64,000 nucleotides of DNA, from IMG/VR virus record IMGVR_UViG_3300029305_009042; one strand, written 5' to 3'. Made by a program: the position numbers and the translations under genes. The stretch comes from an uncultured virus (IMG/VR IMGVR_UViG_3300029305_009042). Lineage: Duplodnaviria; Heunggongvirae; Uroviricota; Caudoviricetes. The stretch's first letter is position 1, and each line of letters opens with the position of its first letter. Shown one piece after another: positions 45,798 through 55,761 of this stretch. The notes under the pieces are model-generated. The model had not been told where the DNA came from, did no database searches, and was given only the letters and a program-made list of their open reading frames with translations.

Positions 45798-46115
45798 TCA
45801 GATGTCAACTGTTTTCGGAACTTTCTTCTTCCCGGAAGCCCAGTCCGCATCCCAGCGCTGCGCGAGTTTCAAATAACCTTCCGCGACAGACCGATCTGTC
45901 GTCTCCAGAAGTATCTTCCGCACATAAATATACTTCCCGCCTCTTCGGAAAATGTAATCCTCGTCGTAAGGATACAGGTCAGTAACGACCCATCCCTCTC
46001 CAAGACGAATAAATTGAAACCTCGCGCCTCGATACGCCTTGATCTTTCCGCTGTCACGAAGCGGTCTTTTCCGGGACGGAGTATCTTTTCGCCAATCGCA
46101 AGTTCTATGGAGCAT
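45798..46115 (-). CDS. Hypothetical protein
   Basis: Likely start MLHRTC. Confidence 0.45.
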   Translation of the reverse strand: MLHRTCDWRKDTPSRKRPLRDSGKIKAYRGARFQFIRLGEGWVVTDLYPYDEDYIFRRGGKYIYVRKILLETTDRSVAEGYLKLAQRWDADWASGKKKVPKTVDI

Positions 46116-46704
46116 AACCGTTAAACATAAACTCAGACACGTGGTCAAAACAGCAGAAATCCTTCCCATCGTAATCAACAACAGCAGGACAGTTCGGGTC
46201 CTCCAGATCCCAATCCGTAAACGTGGCGTGACACCACGCACAGCGGTACGTCCCTTCCGGAAGCTCCTCATCGAAATCTTTCTCCTGTTCCTCAAGATCT
46301 TCCTCCGCCTCCTCATCCGACGAGACATGATCATCCTCCGCCTCCGTCACAGAAGCCGGCGCACCCAGGTCCTGCACCGTCAGCGCTTCCTCTTCCGGCG
46401 CAGAAAGGATGTAGTTCGCGATCAGCTCCTTCTCCGTCAGGATCGACAGTCCCACCAGACTGAACGTTTCCCCTTCTCCGTTATTAATAACGGCAAATCT
46501 CAGCGCGTCCAGATCCCTCTCACGCCGAAGAGGCACGTAAACATTCTCGTCAAGCATCCCGAAAACGCCTGTCACGCCGTTACGCTCCTGATAGTCCCGG
46601 ATCCTGTCCGCTACATTCTTTTCAGGAACCCCCAGCCACATTCCGCCGGGTGTGGTATAGCTATAAAGAATCATCTTCTTCCTTTTCCTTTCTGTTAAAA
46701 TCAC
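46105..46704 (-). CDS. Hypothetical protein with C-terminal Zn finger
   Basis: CAWC...FCCFDH; acidic linker. Confidence 0.55.
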   Translation of the reverse strand: MILTERKRKKMILYSYTTPGGMWLGVPEKNVADRIRDYQERNGVTGVFGMLDENVYVPLRRERDLDALRFAVINNGEGETFSLVGLSILTEKELIANYILSAPEEEALTVQDLGAPASVTEAEDDHVSSDEEAEEDLEEQEKDFDEELPEGTYRCAWCHATFTDWDLEDPNCPAVVDYDGKDFCCFDHVSEFMFNGYAP

Positions 46705-47035
46705 GAAGCGGCATCCTGCTCAGGACAAAGTACTCGAACAGTTCGGACAGAAGTCCGACCGCAATACCAAGACAGAGCAGGATCAGCGGGTTCCTTGACG
46801 TTACCGGCGAACGAGGCAGATACGTCATCAGGAAGACGACACCGCAGCCGACCCATACTCCAAAACATTGCCAGCACTGAAGCATGTATCCTATCCAGTT
46901 CCATGGAAAATCCATCGCTTCCAGCTTCGGAAGCCTTTCCTGAACAGGATGAAACAGATAGGAGTCAAACCATAGCCGGAGGACTCCGATCTGAACGACA
47001 GTGCATACCAGCAAAAACCAGATTACTTCTATCAT
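46661..47035 (-). CDS. DUF1360-like membrane protein
   Basis: Transmembrane segments and L.CWQCFGVWVG motif. Confidence 0.6.
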   Translation of the reverse strand: MIEVIWFLLVCTVVQIGVLRLWFDSYLFHPVQERLPKLEAMDFPWNWIGYMLQCWQCFGVWVGCGVVFLMTYLPRSPVTSRNPLILLCLGIAVGLLSELFEYFVLSRMPLRDFNRKEKEEDDSL

Positions 47036-47907
47036 TCGTTTTCCAGTATCCCGTCCTCCTGAAGCTGGCACTGCACGCACCGATGCTCCGGAGCTTCAAC
47101 CTCTAAAAGTCCCGTTCGACGGCAGAAAACGCATTCACCTTCCATGTACGCGCTTTCATGCCCCGACCCGGAACAGGTACGCCAGCCGTTCGGGCATTCC
47201 CGGACGCAATACCCGAAATTATTATCCGCCACCTGATCATCCCTGCCAAACGGACAGGCAGCTGTGCCATTCCGAAGAGAAAGAATATGCTTTCGATTAA
47301 ATGTCTTTATCGAAAGATCTTCCTCTGTTTTAATGAGCCAGACGGGAATTCGCGATCTGCTTTCCTCATCCTGCTCAATGGATAACGCCCCATACAGTCC
47401 CGGAAATGCAGTACTCGGGTACGGATAGGAAAACGGATCCTCCGGATTACTGGAATACCCCAGCTTCGTCAGCCAGAAATACGCTGCGCTCAGAGTCAAA
47501 CGAACGCGGATCCTCCGATTCGCGGCTACACCCGTCATCGCCTGACAGACAACGATCACATGATCCGGATCATCGTACCTGACGTTCACGCAGCGGACCT
47601 CTATCCGCTCCCGAACCGTCATGGACCCGTCCGCCGACAAAACCTTTCCGCGCCGCATGGCATCCTGATTCGCCAGAAGATAGTACACGAAGCTGTACAC
47701 TGTCTCCCGCGACTGCGGTTTCCCAATAAAGCAGGTTCCCGTGCGAAAGACCGTGTACGCCTCCGCCCCGATATGCCGCGCCAGCGTTTCCGCCAGACGG
47801 GAATAAGCAGCCTCGGTCAGTACACGTTCCTCCGGCACGCCGTTAAAAAAGCCGCGAACCTTATCCGTCAGGTCCGCGGCGCGTTTCTGTAATGTGATAC
47901 TTTTCAT
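47032..47907 (-). CDS. Hypothetical protein with Cys-rich C-terminus
   Basis: 291-aa ORF in the replication operon. Confidence 0.6.
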   Translation of the reverse strand: MKSITLQKRAADLTDKVRGFFNGVPEERVLTEAAYSRLAETLARHIGAEAYTVFRTGTCFIGKPQSRETVYSFVYYLLANQDAMRRGKVLSADGSMTVRERIEVRCVNVRYDDPDHVIVVCQAMTGVAANRRIRVRLTLSAAYFWLTKLGYSSNPEDPFSYPYPSTAFPGLYGALSIEQDEESRSRIPVWLIKTEEDLSIKTFNRKHILSLRNGTAACPFGRDDQVADNNFGYCVRECPNGWRTCSGSGHESAYMEGECVFCRRTGLLEVEAPEHRCVQCQLQEDGILENE

Positions 47908-48803
47908 CAGTCCTCTGTGACTACCTGATTAAGAACTGTCTGGCGCGAAACCCTCCGCAGATCGCTGACGGCAGAAGACTCCTGTGTCTGCTCCTGACTC
48001 AGATAGGCGTCCAGATACTTGCTGTCCAACGCCTGAAACACCGGTATCATTCGTGTACAAATACTCTTCAGTTCCGTAAGTACATGCAGTGTATTTGTCA
48101 CTTCGGAACGAAGCACTTCGTCAACACCCTCTGTATTCTGAAGGAGAAGAAGTGCAGGATTTTCCGGAGCACTCCAGACCTTACTGTCTTTGTCGATGAA
48201 CTTCTGCGCCACTTCCTGGATCTGGATAAGCAGCTGCTCCCTCGACTCCGGGCGCTGATGGGCTCGTCCTGAACCTCCGGCTCTGCCGGTCTCCGCCTTG
48301 ATCAGCTTCTGGAGCTTGATCGGCGACAAACCCTCGTTGACCGCACGGGTCAGATAAGACAAGCGTTCATCCGGATCCAGATAATCCACCATCACATACT
48401 GTAGATGGGTCTGATTGACGCGGTAATCCAGTTCCTCATTATAGAGGTCCTGGATCCGGTCCACGTAATCCGCCATCTCCTGAGAAAACTTGTACGCTGC
48501 CGTCATAAGCCGGGCATTCAGCTTCTTTGTGGCGCTGAATGTGTTAAGAATGCGTCGGGCGTCCCGTTCCGCATTGTTCGTCTTAATGCTGCGGACGGTC
48601 TCGCCGGCATGATAGAACTTTGCCACCGCGGCAAGGTCATCACTCGCAAGGTCCGCCAACAGCGACTGATACTCGGGCATCCAGCCATAATCGCGGATGT
48701 CATCCAACGCCTGCCGGTGGCTTTCGTTTTCATCCCTGTTCTGAGAGGTCAGTTTCAGTACTTCTTCGTCTATTCTACTCATTGTCATTTTCCCTGTTTT
48801 CAA
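47907..48803 (-). CDS. Hypothetical helical protein
   Basis: 298-aa ORF. Confidence 0.6.
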   Translation of the reverse strand: MKTGKMTMSRIDEEVLKLTSQNRDENESHRQALDDIRDYGWMPEYQSLLADLASDDLAAVAKFYHAGETVRSIKTNNAERDARRILNTFSATKKLNARLMTAAYKFSQEMADYVDRIQDLYNEELDYRVNQTHLQYVMVDYLDPDERLSYLTRAVNEGLSPIKLQKLIKAETGRAGGSGRAHQRPESREQLLIQIQEVAQKFIDKDSKVWSAPENPALLLLQNTEGVDEVLRSEVTNTLHVLTELKSICTRMIPVFQALDSKYLDAYLSQEQTQESSAVSDLRRVSRQTVLNQVVTED

Positions 48804-50103
48804 TATAGTTTCTGTTATTCAAGGCGATCGCGCGTTCCTCACTGGAACGAGTAAACGCGTCCATCATTTCATCATAATTGTCACCCGCACCAAACACAGG
48901 CCGGCGCTGGATATACAGCTCTTCCTGAAGACGGCGAAGAAGATCCTCATTCGCCATCAGAAGTTTCCCAGCCTCACTAAACGAGACGGGATCCGACTCC
49001 GGAACCCCCAATACGGAAGACCAGACCCAGGTCGGGGAGTTCTTTTTGGAAACCACATGGAGATCCAGAAGCTCCGAAAACAACCTCCTTCTGGGAGCGC
49101 TGAATTCGTCACGGCCTCCATTACAGATAGCCGTCAGGAATTTAATGTCCACTTCCCCCCAATCGAACGAGACATCCAGCAGATACCGATCGGAATACGC
49201 GTCCGTCGGATCATAGTTCGGATTCGGAAGGTTGCGGAAGTAGACGAGGATCTCTACCTCGCGCTTCGTCGGTCCGATCGAGTTCTTCGAAGTGCTCAGG
49301 CGCAGCTTTCTCCCGGCGCAGTCCATTTTAGTGAACCTCGTCTGCGGTGCCGGAGCGAACCGAAAAGACACCGACTCGTAAAATTCCGGAGCTTTTCCAC
49401 CAGAGCGATACTCCGTCGGAAGCCCCATCGAATTCATGGACTGTTTCAAGTGGTTCGTGAAGGCGAAGGTGAATGGATGACCCGCCTGGATCGACGAAAA
49501 CGTCTGAAGGTCCTGACTCAAAGCACGGGCGATGCCCCCGTAGCCTACGTTGGTATGCCCGTTTTCCTTCATCTCCGCAATTCGCTTGTCCTGCGGAGCA
49601 GCCGCCAGACTGTCGATGCAGAACAGGACCGGAAACTGCTCACCGTGTGTTTTCTGCCATTCCGCATAAAACAGAGACGCATCTTTCAACGCCTCGACCC
49701 ATTCCTCATAGGACAGACTCTGTTTGACCACAACACGGGAAATACCGTCTGCATCATACTTAAGTACCGCATGCCGGATCTGTGAATTGTCTTTTTGTTC
49801 CGTTTCCACCAGCACAACGTGTCCGCCCTGCCGGAGAAACCAGCCCATGACCTCATACAGAAAGGTGCTCTTGCAGCACTCCGGAGCACCGGCGAATTCC
49901 ACCATGCGCCCTAACGGCAGCACATTGGAATTCAGCACCCACTGCACCGCGATCGACGGGATCGGGACCCCAACAAACGATCGGTGACTGCTCAGATCCA
50001 TCACGGACCTGCCGGAATCCTTCACCGAAAGTGCGGATCGGAGTGCACTTACGCAATCCATCGCACTGGCCGATTCCAGTGAAAATGTCTTCTTTTTTGC
50101 CAT
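48775..50103 (-). CDS. RecA/UvsX-like recombinase
   Basis: LPLGRMVEFAG, Walker B FCIDSLAA, FTNHLK, SGGKAPEFY and KNSIGP motifs. Confidence 0.85.
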   Translation of the reverse strand: MAKKKTFSLESASAMDCVSALRSALSVKDSGRSVMDLSSHRSFVGVPIPSIAVQWVLNSNVLPLGRMVEFAGAPECCKSTFLYEVMGWFLRQGGHVVLVETEQKDNSQIRHAVLKYDADGISRVVVKQSLSYEEWVEALKDASLFYAEWQKTHGEQFPVLFCIDSLAAAPQDKRIAEMKENGHTNVGYGGIARALSQDLQTFSSIQAGHPFTFAFTNHLKQSMNSMGLPTEYRSGGKAPEFYESVSFRFAPAPQTRFTKMDCAGRKLRLSTSKNSIGPTKREVEILVYFRNLPNPNYDPTDAYSDRYLLDVSFDWGEVDIKFLTAICNGGRDEFSAPRRRLFSELLDLHVVSKKNSPTWVWSSVLGVPESDPVSFSEAGKLLMANEDLLRRLQEELYIQRRPVFGAGDNYDEMMDAFTRSSEERAIALNNRNYIENRENDNE

Positions 50104-50171
50104 AAAATCTCTCCAATAAAAAGGCACTGAGCCTGATGAAGCCCAGTGCCGAACCCAAAGCTGCTTAGGTA

Positions 50172-51413
50172 TTAAAACGGAATGGCATTATTGTCAACCC
50201 TTTCCATCGCGGAATCCATCACCGAGGACACCGTACTCGGAGCCGGCCCGACCGGAGAACGGCGCAGACGCGGTGCCGGAGCCTCTTCCTGGATCGGCTC
50301 GAAATCATCCGCGAGGTCCTCAAACCCGTTATTAATAACAGGCTGCTGGATCGGCATCGGAGTACGCTGGACCGGAGCCTGCTGATAGGAAGCCGTCGGG
50401 TAGACCTGCTCCTGAACCAGTTTCGGTTCCGATTCCGCGCGGCGCTTCACATCATCCGTCAGCATGGACTCATACTCCGTGCCCCGGAAGGCATACAGCA
50501 TGGGCTGACCCGGAGCAAAGCGGTTCAGGATCCCCATCTGTTCCTCGTGGGACATATAGTGGATCGTGTCCTTCCACGGACGGATCTGCGTCGCGTACCA
50601 GTCCTGCAGTTCCTGTGACACTGCCGCGGACATGCCGTCGTAATAGCAATGAAGGATCGGATGACGTTTCGGCAAGGCCAGATTGTAGCCGAAACTGCCT
50701 TGCTGGGACATGATCTCTTCCGGGGAGATCCCGTCCGGCGTCCGCTTGCTCTTATTCCAGATCACGAGGAAATGCCCGTCCGCCGGATCCGTCAGGTCCA
50801 TGATCTCTTCGACAGGACCGCGCCAGCTCTGGTTCATCTTGTTACTGATCAGCTCAAACAGAGAGCGTTTGATCATCAGAATGTCCAAACCATAGAGGTT
50901 GTCCAGACTGACTTCCTTGTCATTGCGATAGTATGTAATCACCGGTGAAAATGTCACCATCGCAGGATCGGGGAGCAGACGATCTTTGTTGTTCTTGTCT
51001 GTCATTTTCATGTAGTAGCCAATGGCTCTGTCGCCCTCGGCGTACTTCTTCATGGCGTTATACAGACGAACATACGGACCATTCCGATAAGTCAGCGTCT
51101 CCTCTTCCGGAGATGTATTGAGAATGAATGATACTTTTTCCTCAAAAGCGAACAGCGCCGCCCGTGCCTGCTGGACCCATGTTCCAAAATCGTAACCGTC
51201 TTCCGTCTGCACCGTGCAGGTACTGAACGAACGACAGCCGTCAGATTCATTCAGACCGTCCAGAAGACGGAACACGGACGGATTATTACTGTTCCAGCCG
51301 GGACGCACGAGCCTTCCGCTTTTCAGCAGGAAGGAATTGCTCTGATCGTTTGAATCCATGCTAGTGACCGTTGATCTTTTCGTACTGTAAACGAATTGTC
51401 TACTCATTTTCAT
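50172..51413 (-). CDS. Putative single-stranded DNA-binding protein
   Basis: Lies between polymerase and RecA; acidic tail ending AIPF like the SSB C-terminal DIPF. Confidence 0.5.
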   Translation of the reverse strand: MKMSRQFVYSTKRSTVTSMDSNDQSNSFLLKSGRLVRPGWNSNNPSVFRLLDGLNESDGCRSFSTCTVQTEDGYDFGTWVQQARAALFAFEEKVSFILNTSPEEETLTYRNGPYVRLYNAMKKYAEGDRAIGYYMKMTDKNNKDRLLPDPAMVTFSPVITYYRNDKEVSLDNLYGLDILMIKRSLFELISNKMNQSWRGPVEEIMDLTDPADGHFLVIWNKSKRTPDGISPEEIMSQQGSFGYNLALPKRHPILHCYYDGMSAAVSQELQDWYATQIRPWKDTIHYMSHEEQMGILNRFAPGQPMLYAFRGTEYESMLTDDVKRRAESEPKLVQEQVYPTASYQQAPVQRTPMPIQQPVINNGFEDLADDFEPIQEEAPAPRLRRSPVGPAPSTVSSVMDSAMERVDNNAIPF

Positions 51414-51810
51414 TCTCCTTGTTAAGTTGATTAATAAAATTCTCCGCTTCGGCGGATACACTATAGTTTTGTAACGCCAGGACCATTTCTGTCAAGGTGC
51501 GGTTTATTACCAAAACGCCCATTGCAGAGATCCTGCCGTCCAGTCCCAGAAGGTCATCCGCGGAGAAAGACGATACGCTCGTCCCCTCCTCTTCCGCCTC
51601 CCGGGACTCTTCGACCAGCTGTGCCTGAAGATCCGCTATGCTGCCGGGAACCTCTACAGACTGATCTTTGCGGCGGAATCCCGCTTTCCAGTCAGACTCC
51701 AGAAAGTCCTTTATGGAGATCTGGTCTCCTTCTTCCGAGATGAGCACGAGATCCTCCGGTATCGCCGGCAGAAACGCGATCAGCTCCAAAAGTTTCCTCA
51801 GATTCATCAA
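51400..51810 (-). CDS. Hypothetical protein
   Basis: ATGA-coupled to the polymerase gene. Confidence 0.55.
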   Translation of the reverse strand: MMNLRKLLELIAFLPAIPEDLVLISEEGDQISIKDFLESDWKAGFRRKDQSVEVPGSIADLQAQLVEESREAEEEGTSVSSFSADDLLGLDGRISAMGVLVINRTLTEMVLALQNYSVSAEAENFINQLNKENENE

Positions 51811-54800
51811 AGATCCTCCAGTGAAAATCCAAGTGCATTCGCTTCCTCTTCCGAAAGCGCAACGCCCCAGTGCTTGTAAAGATCCTGCTCGATACCGAAT
51901 CGATACTCCGTTCCGCCGACCAATACCGGATTATCCCGAACCATCGCGTTGGGAAAAACCTCCCGGTAGACTTTCAGAACAGAGTCTTTATGCACCTCCA
52001 GAAGAAGCGCGTCGTGGATCTGCATCACGATGCGGAAATCCAATGCCGGATCTTCCCTCCGCGCCTTCAGAAGATTGAAGATGGCGACGTTGATACTGTC
52101 CGCGACCGTCCCCTGAATGGGAGCATTGCAGAACTCACGTCCCATCTTGTGCTCCGTCTCATCATCCGTCACCGACGTATAATGAAACCTTCGCTTTCTG
52201 CCGTACAGCGTCTCGACATAGCCGGGCTTCCGTACCGAAGCCTTGCAGGTGTCCAGAAAAGTGCGTGTCCTGGGATACATATCAAAATAGGTCTGAATGA
52301 TCCCCTCCGCCTCACTTTTGGACAAGTCGATCCCCTGTGTCCGGCATTGGAACGCGATCGCTTTCGCACCGCGCCCATAAGGAATACCAAAAGCCACGGC
52401 CTTCGCCGCGATCCGCAGATGCTTCTTGCCTACCGCCGCCAGACCTTTCTTGGTAGGTTCACAGTCCAGCCGGAACGCCTGTACGGCAATGTGCGAGTGA
52501 ATATCGTAGAAGTCCGGATCCGACTCCGGCAGGATATTTCTTCGCACGTGCTCCATCATGTTGGGATCCTGCGAGATCCACGCCATCGTCGCCAGCTCGG
52601 CACCTGTCAAGTCCGCTTCCATCAGGATATAGTCCTCCGCCGCCTTGTAGATCGTACGGACAGGGTACCTGTAGCAGGCGTCCCCAAGTACATCCAGATA
52701 AGCCCCTGACAAGGTGCCGTCCTTCTCCTGGGTACCCAGGATCCGGGCGTACTCTACCTCCGCGGACTTTCCCAGATTCTGCAGGTTCGGACGACTGGAA
52801 GCAGAACGCCCAGTAGCCAGCAGCTGGCGCATATGCGAATGAATGCGCCCGTCTGTCCTCAGAAACTGAAAATGCCCTTTCTTATAGAGCGTGTGGTCGC
52901 CGATCAGGTCCTCTTCCAGTTTGAACTCACTCAAGACACTCCCAAGTGTATGCGTCAGCTTGCAGATGTCTTTCAAAAGCTGCGCGACCGGATTGATACG
53001 CGCCAGCATATCCAGCACGTTCTTATCCGTAGACGGATTCGCTTCCCCCAGATCCTCAAGCTGTTCCCACAGCTGTTTGTATTTGGAATCGTAGACCGGA
53101 GCCAGATTCTGACAAACCGCACCTTCCGGGAGCACACCAGCCAGCGCCGGAACATCCTGCGCACTGAACAGGATCGCCTGCCTGTGCAGCGTACTCGCCG
53201 GGTTAAATTCCGGCCAGTTGATCCTGCGGCGAAGCTCTTCCAGAAGAATATCAGCAACGTACCGGAAGTCCTCAGAGAGCTGCCGATACCGTCCGCGGTC
53301 CAGAAGAAGTCCGTAGTACTCGATCTCAAAGAAACCGAGACTCGCCCTGTGTGCCAGCCAATAAGGTCTCCATGACGGATTCCCAAAAGCATCTTCATCC
53401 AGAAGCGCAGGCCTGCCGTCCAGTCCGAACATGCAAAGCTCTGCCAGCGTTCTCGTGTAGTCCGCATCCTGCGCCGCATAAGGATGCAGGATCTCCGGAG
53501 GGATACAGCCGTAGCCCCTCAGTTTGAAACTTCGATCCCGCGCCTTCAGTTCCGCAATGTAATCAGTCAAAGGAATATCCCACTGCGGAAATCCAAGCTC
53601 TTTCCCGACGAGATACTTCAGACCGTAGGAGTCCTTTTCATCAAAGGCATGATACATCAGGGACGTATCCCAGCCGCCTTCATACTTACACAAGGGTTCC
53701 CCCTCCGGCGTCAGCTCCTCATCCGGCGCAGCATACGAATCCAGAATGGAACGCTTGATCTTTTTCGTCGCGGAATCCCGCTCGACCAACCCCAGATGAA
53801 GAAGCCAGGGCATGTCCGCACGAAGGAAGTGCCCCCCTACCCGCGGTCTCCAGCTCTTCGAGGGAAGGAGCAGCTTCTTCAGCTCCCCCTTCAACGCCGT
53901 TTTCCGCTTGTCATCTTCGGAAGTTCCCAGAGGCGGTCCTTCATTAAAGACCGCAACGACTGCTTCACCCGGCCGGGAAGAGAACTGGACCGTCAGAAGA
54001 TACGCTCCGTCTTCCTCCGGATACTCTCCCTCCCATTCAAGGTCAACCGCGATCACACGCCGTTTCGGATCTTTCTTAGCCGCGTCCTTGATCGCCTTCA
54101 CAAGCGGTCGAAGCTCCTCCGCCGTCCGCACGAAATGGTAGTCTGTTTTACGGACCTCCCCGGCAACCGACGGATCCAGACAGGCGTGCAGTACTTTCAG
54201 CTGTCTCTGAAGAAGCAGCCCGTAAAGACGTCCGTCACGCGGATCCAGGATCTGCTTCGGAGAAGGAGCACAAATGATCGTAAACGACAGCTGTGTGCCG
54301 TCCGCACATTCGTACTGGACACGATACTGATTCGCCACGACCGACTCCGCTTTGGCAGAAGTCTTCCCAAGAAAATACAAAAGGGAACGCGTCCCCAGTG
54401 CCAGAATGTACTCCGGACGTACTCTCTTCAGCTCCTGTTCCAAAATAAACCGGCATGCCCGCTCATCTTTCGCCGTCATCCGGTCTACCCCTTCGAACTC
54501 GGTGTACTTGACCAGGAACGTAAGGTACCAGCTTTCCCAATCTGTAAATCCTTCCTGCTCCAGCATGGGAGACAGCCGGTCCCAGAGAGAATAGGCTGCC
54601 TGCTGCTCCTGCCAGATCTCCGTCTGCGGCATACAGAAGAAATCCGCCTCAAGCGGGGCATACGGCAGGACCATGACCTGTGCTTCCACGATCCGCTTTC
54701 CGAAAGCAGGATCCAAATGGTGCCCCTGCTTCCAGCCGCGGCGCTGAGACTTCCCTTTTCTGCTGACAATTACGTCTGGAGACTCCTCCGTGTACAGCTG

Positions 54801-54941
54801 CCTGCGAATAAAGTCCGGCAGCGTCTCACCCGACTGCTCCAAAGACATTTCAAGCTCCGGCGTGATCTCGGAAACCGCCGCCAGAGCCTCATCAATGTGG
54901 AATCTATGGTACATTTTCTTCCTGAAAATAAACTTTCTCAA
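51807..54941 (-). CDS. Family A DNA polymerase with 3'-5' exonuclease and N-terminal UDG-like domain
   Basis: ExoI AVDLEWE, ExoIII YAAQD; TGRSASSRPNLQN; motif A EADLTGAEL, motif B RIAAKAVAFGIPYG, motif C QIHDALL; N-terminal ELKRVRPEYILALG. Confidence 0.93.
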   Translation of the reverse strand: MRKFIFRKKMYHRFHIDEALAAVSEITPELEMSLEQSGETLPDFIRRQLYTEESPDVIVSRKGKSQRRGWKQGHHLDPAFGKRIVEAQVMVLPYAPLEADFFCMPQTEIWQEQQAAYSLWDRLSPMLEQEGFTDWESWYLTFLVKYTEFEGVDRMTAKDERACRFILEQELKRVRPEYILALGTRSLLYFLGKTSAKAESVVANQYRVQYECADGTQLSFTIICAPSPKQILDPRDGRLYGLLLQRQLKVLHACLDPSVAGEVRKTDYHFVRTAEELRPLVKAIKDAAKKDPKRRVIAVDLEWEGEYPEEDGAYLLTVQFSSRPGEAVVAVFNEGPPLGTSEDDKRKTALKGELKKLLLPSKSWRPRVGGHFLRADMPWLLHLGLVERDSATKKIKRSILDSYAAPDEELTPEGEPLCKYEGGWDTSLMYHAFDEKDSYGLKYLVGKELGFPQWDIPLTDYIAELKARDRSFKLRGYGCIPPEILHPYAAQDADYTRTLAELCMFGLDGRPALLDEDAFGNPSWRPYWLAHRASLGFFEIEYYGLLLDRGRYRQLSEDFRYVADILLEELRRRINWPEFNPASTLHRQAILFSAQDVPALAGVLPEGAVCQNLAPVYDSKYKQLWEQLEDLGEANPSTDKNVLDMLARINPVAQLLKDICKLTHTLGSVLSEFKLEEDLIGDHTLYKKGHFQFLRTDGRIHSHMRQLLATGRSASSRPNLQNLGKSAEVEYARILGTQEKDGTLSGAYLDVLGDACYRYPVRTIYKAAEDYILMEADLTGAELATMAWISQDPNMMEHVRRNILPESDPDFYDIHSHIAVQAFRLDCEPTKKGLAAVGKKHLRIAAKAVAFGIPYGRGAKAIAFQCRTQGIDLSKSEAEGIIQTYFDMYPRTRTFLDTCKASVRKPGYVETLYGRKRRFHYTSVTDDETEHKMGREFCNAPIQGTVADSINVAIFNLLKARREDPALDFRIVMQIHDALLLEVHKDSVLKVYREVFPNAMVRDNPVLVGGTEYRFGIEQDLYKHWGVALSEEEANALGFSLEDL

Positions 54942-55167
54942 ACAACGTGTCTTCCGGGCATCCGTTATCTTTCAGCCACCTTTTCAGAAGACGTTTCGTC
55001 GGAAATAGATGAACGACCGGCGGATCCCGAAGCCGGTAGCAGTAACCGTGCTCCAGCACCGCGGCAGCCATTTCCGGAATGTACCCGGAATCTCCTGCCT
55101 GCTGCCATTCCCGCGCCAGATCTTCCGGCGTTCTCTCTTTTTCCCATAAGGAAAGACAATATATCAT
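54904..55167 (-). CDS. Small hypothetical protein
   Basis: 87-aa ORF upstream of the polymerase gene. Confidence 0.45.
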   Translation of the reverse strand: MIYCLSLWEKERTPEDLAREWQQAGDSGYIPEMAAAVLEHGYCYRLRDPPVVHLFPTKRLLKRWLKDNGCPEDTLFEKVYFQEENVP

Positions 55168-55224
55168 GTTATTAATAGCTCCATAAATAAAGGCACCCGC
55201 CGAAACAGGTGCCTGTCAACGGAA

Positions 55225-55761
55225 TCAGAACGTTGCTTCTTCTTCCAATTTGTCAACTTTCTTCTGGTCAAACTGACTCTGGATCTCCGCGATCGCTCTG
55301 TGGAACAACTGATCGACCCTCTGACGGCTGACGCCCAGCCTCACACCGATCGCATCATCTGTCATCCCGCTGCATTTACAGCGAAGAATGATGCGCATGT
55401 TCGGTCTGAGCACGGCAGACATCTGAAAGAGCATCTTTTTATAATCCGGCACGTTGAGCGGTTCTTCACCTTCCGGTTCATAGTCTATATTCAACGGCAG
55501 GAAACTGATCTTCCTCCGGCTCCGCTTTGTTCGGAAGTTCCTCAGGAAGTAGATGCCCCGATACGTCACGTAGGTGGTCAATTCCGCGAGTTCCGGGCGG
55601 TAAAGCTCCGGCACCCGTTTCAGGCCGTCAAGCAGAATGTCCTGCCAGAGGTCCTCCGCATCCATCCACGGCGGAAGATACGGGATCCCCTGCCTGAAAA
55701 TGCACCACTTCATTTTGTGATACGCTTCATAGACCTGTTCCAGAGTCACTCGATTTTCCAT
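55225..55761 (-). CDS. Phage sigma-70-family factor
   Basis: Region 2 AEDLWQD...LTTYV; region 4 HTH MTDDAIGVRLGVSRQRVDQL. Confidence 0.85.
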   Translation of the reverse strand: MENRVTLEQVYEAYHKMKWCIFRQGIPYLPPWMDAEDLWQDILLDGLKRVPELYRPELAELTTYVTYRGIYFLRNFRTKRSRRKISFLPLNIDYEPEGEEPLNVPDYKKMLFQMSAVLRPNMRIILRCKCSGMTDDAIGVRLGVSRQRVDQLFHRAIAEIQSQFDQKKVDKLEEEATF

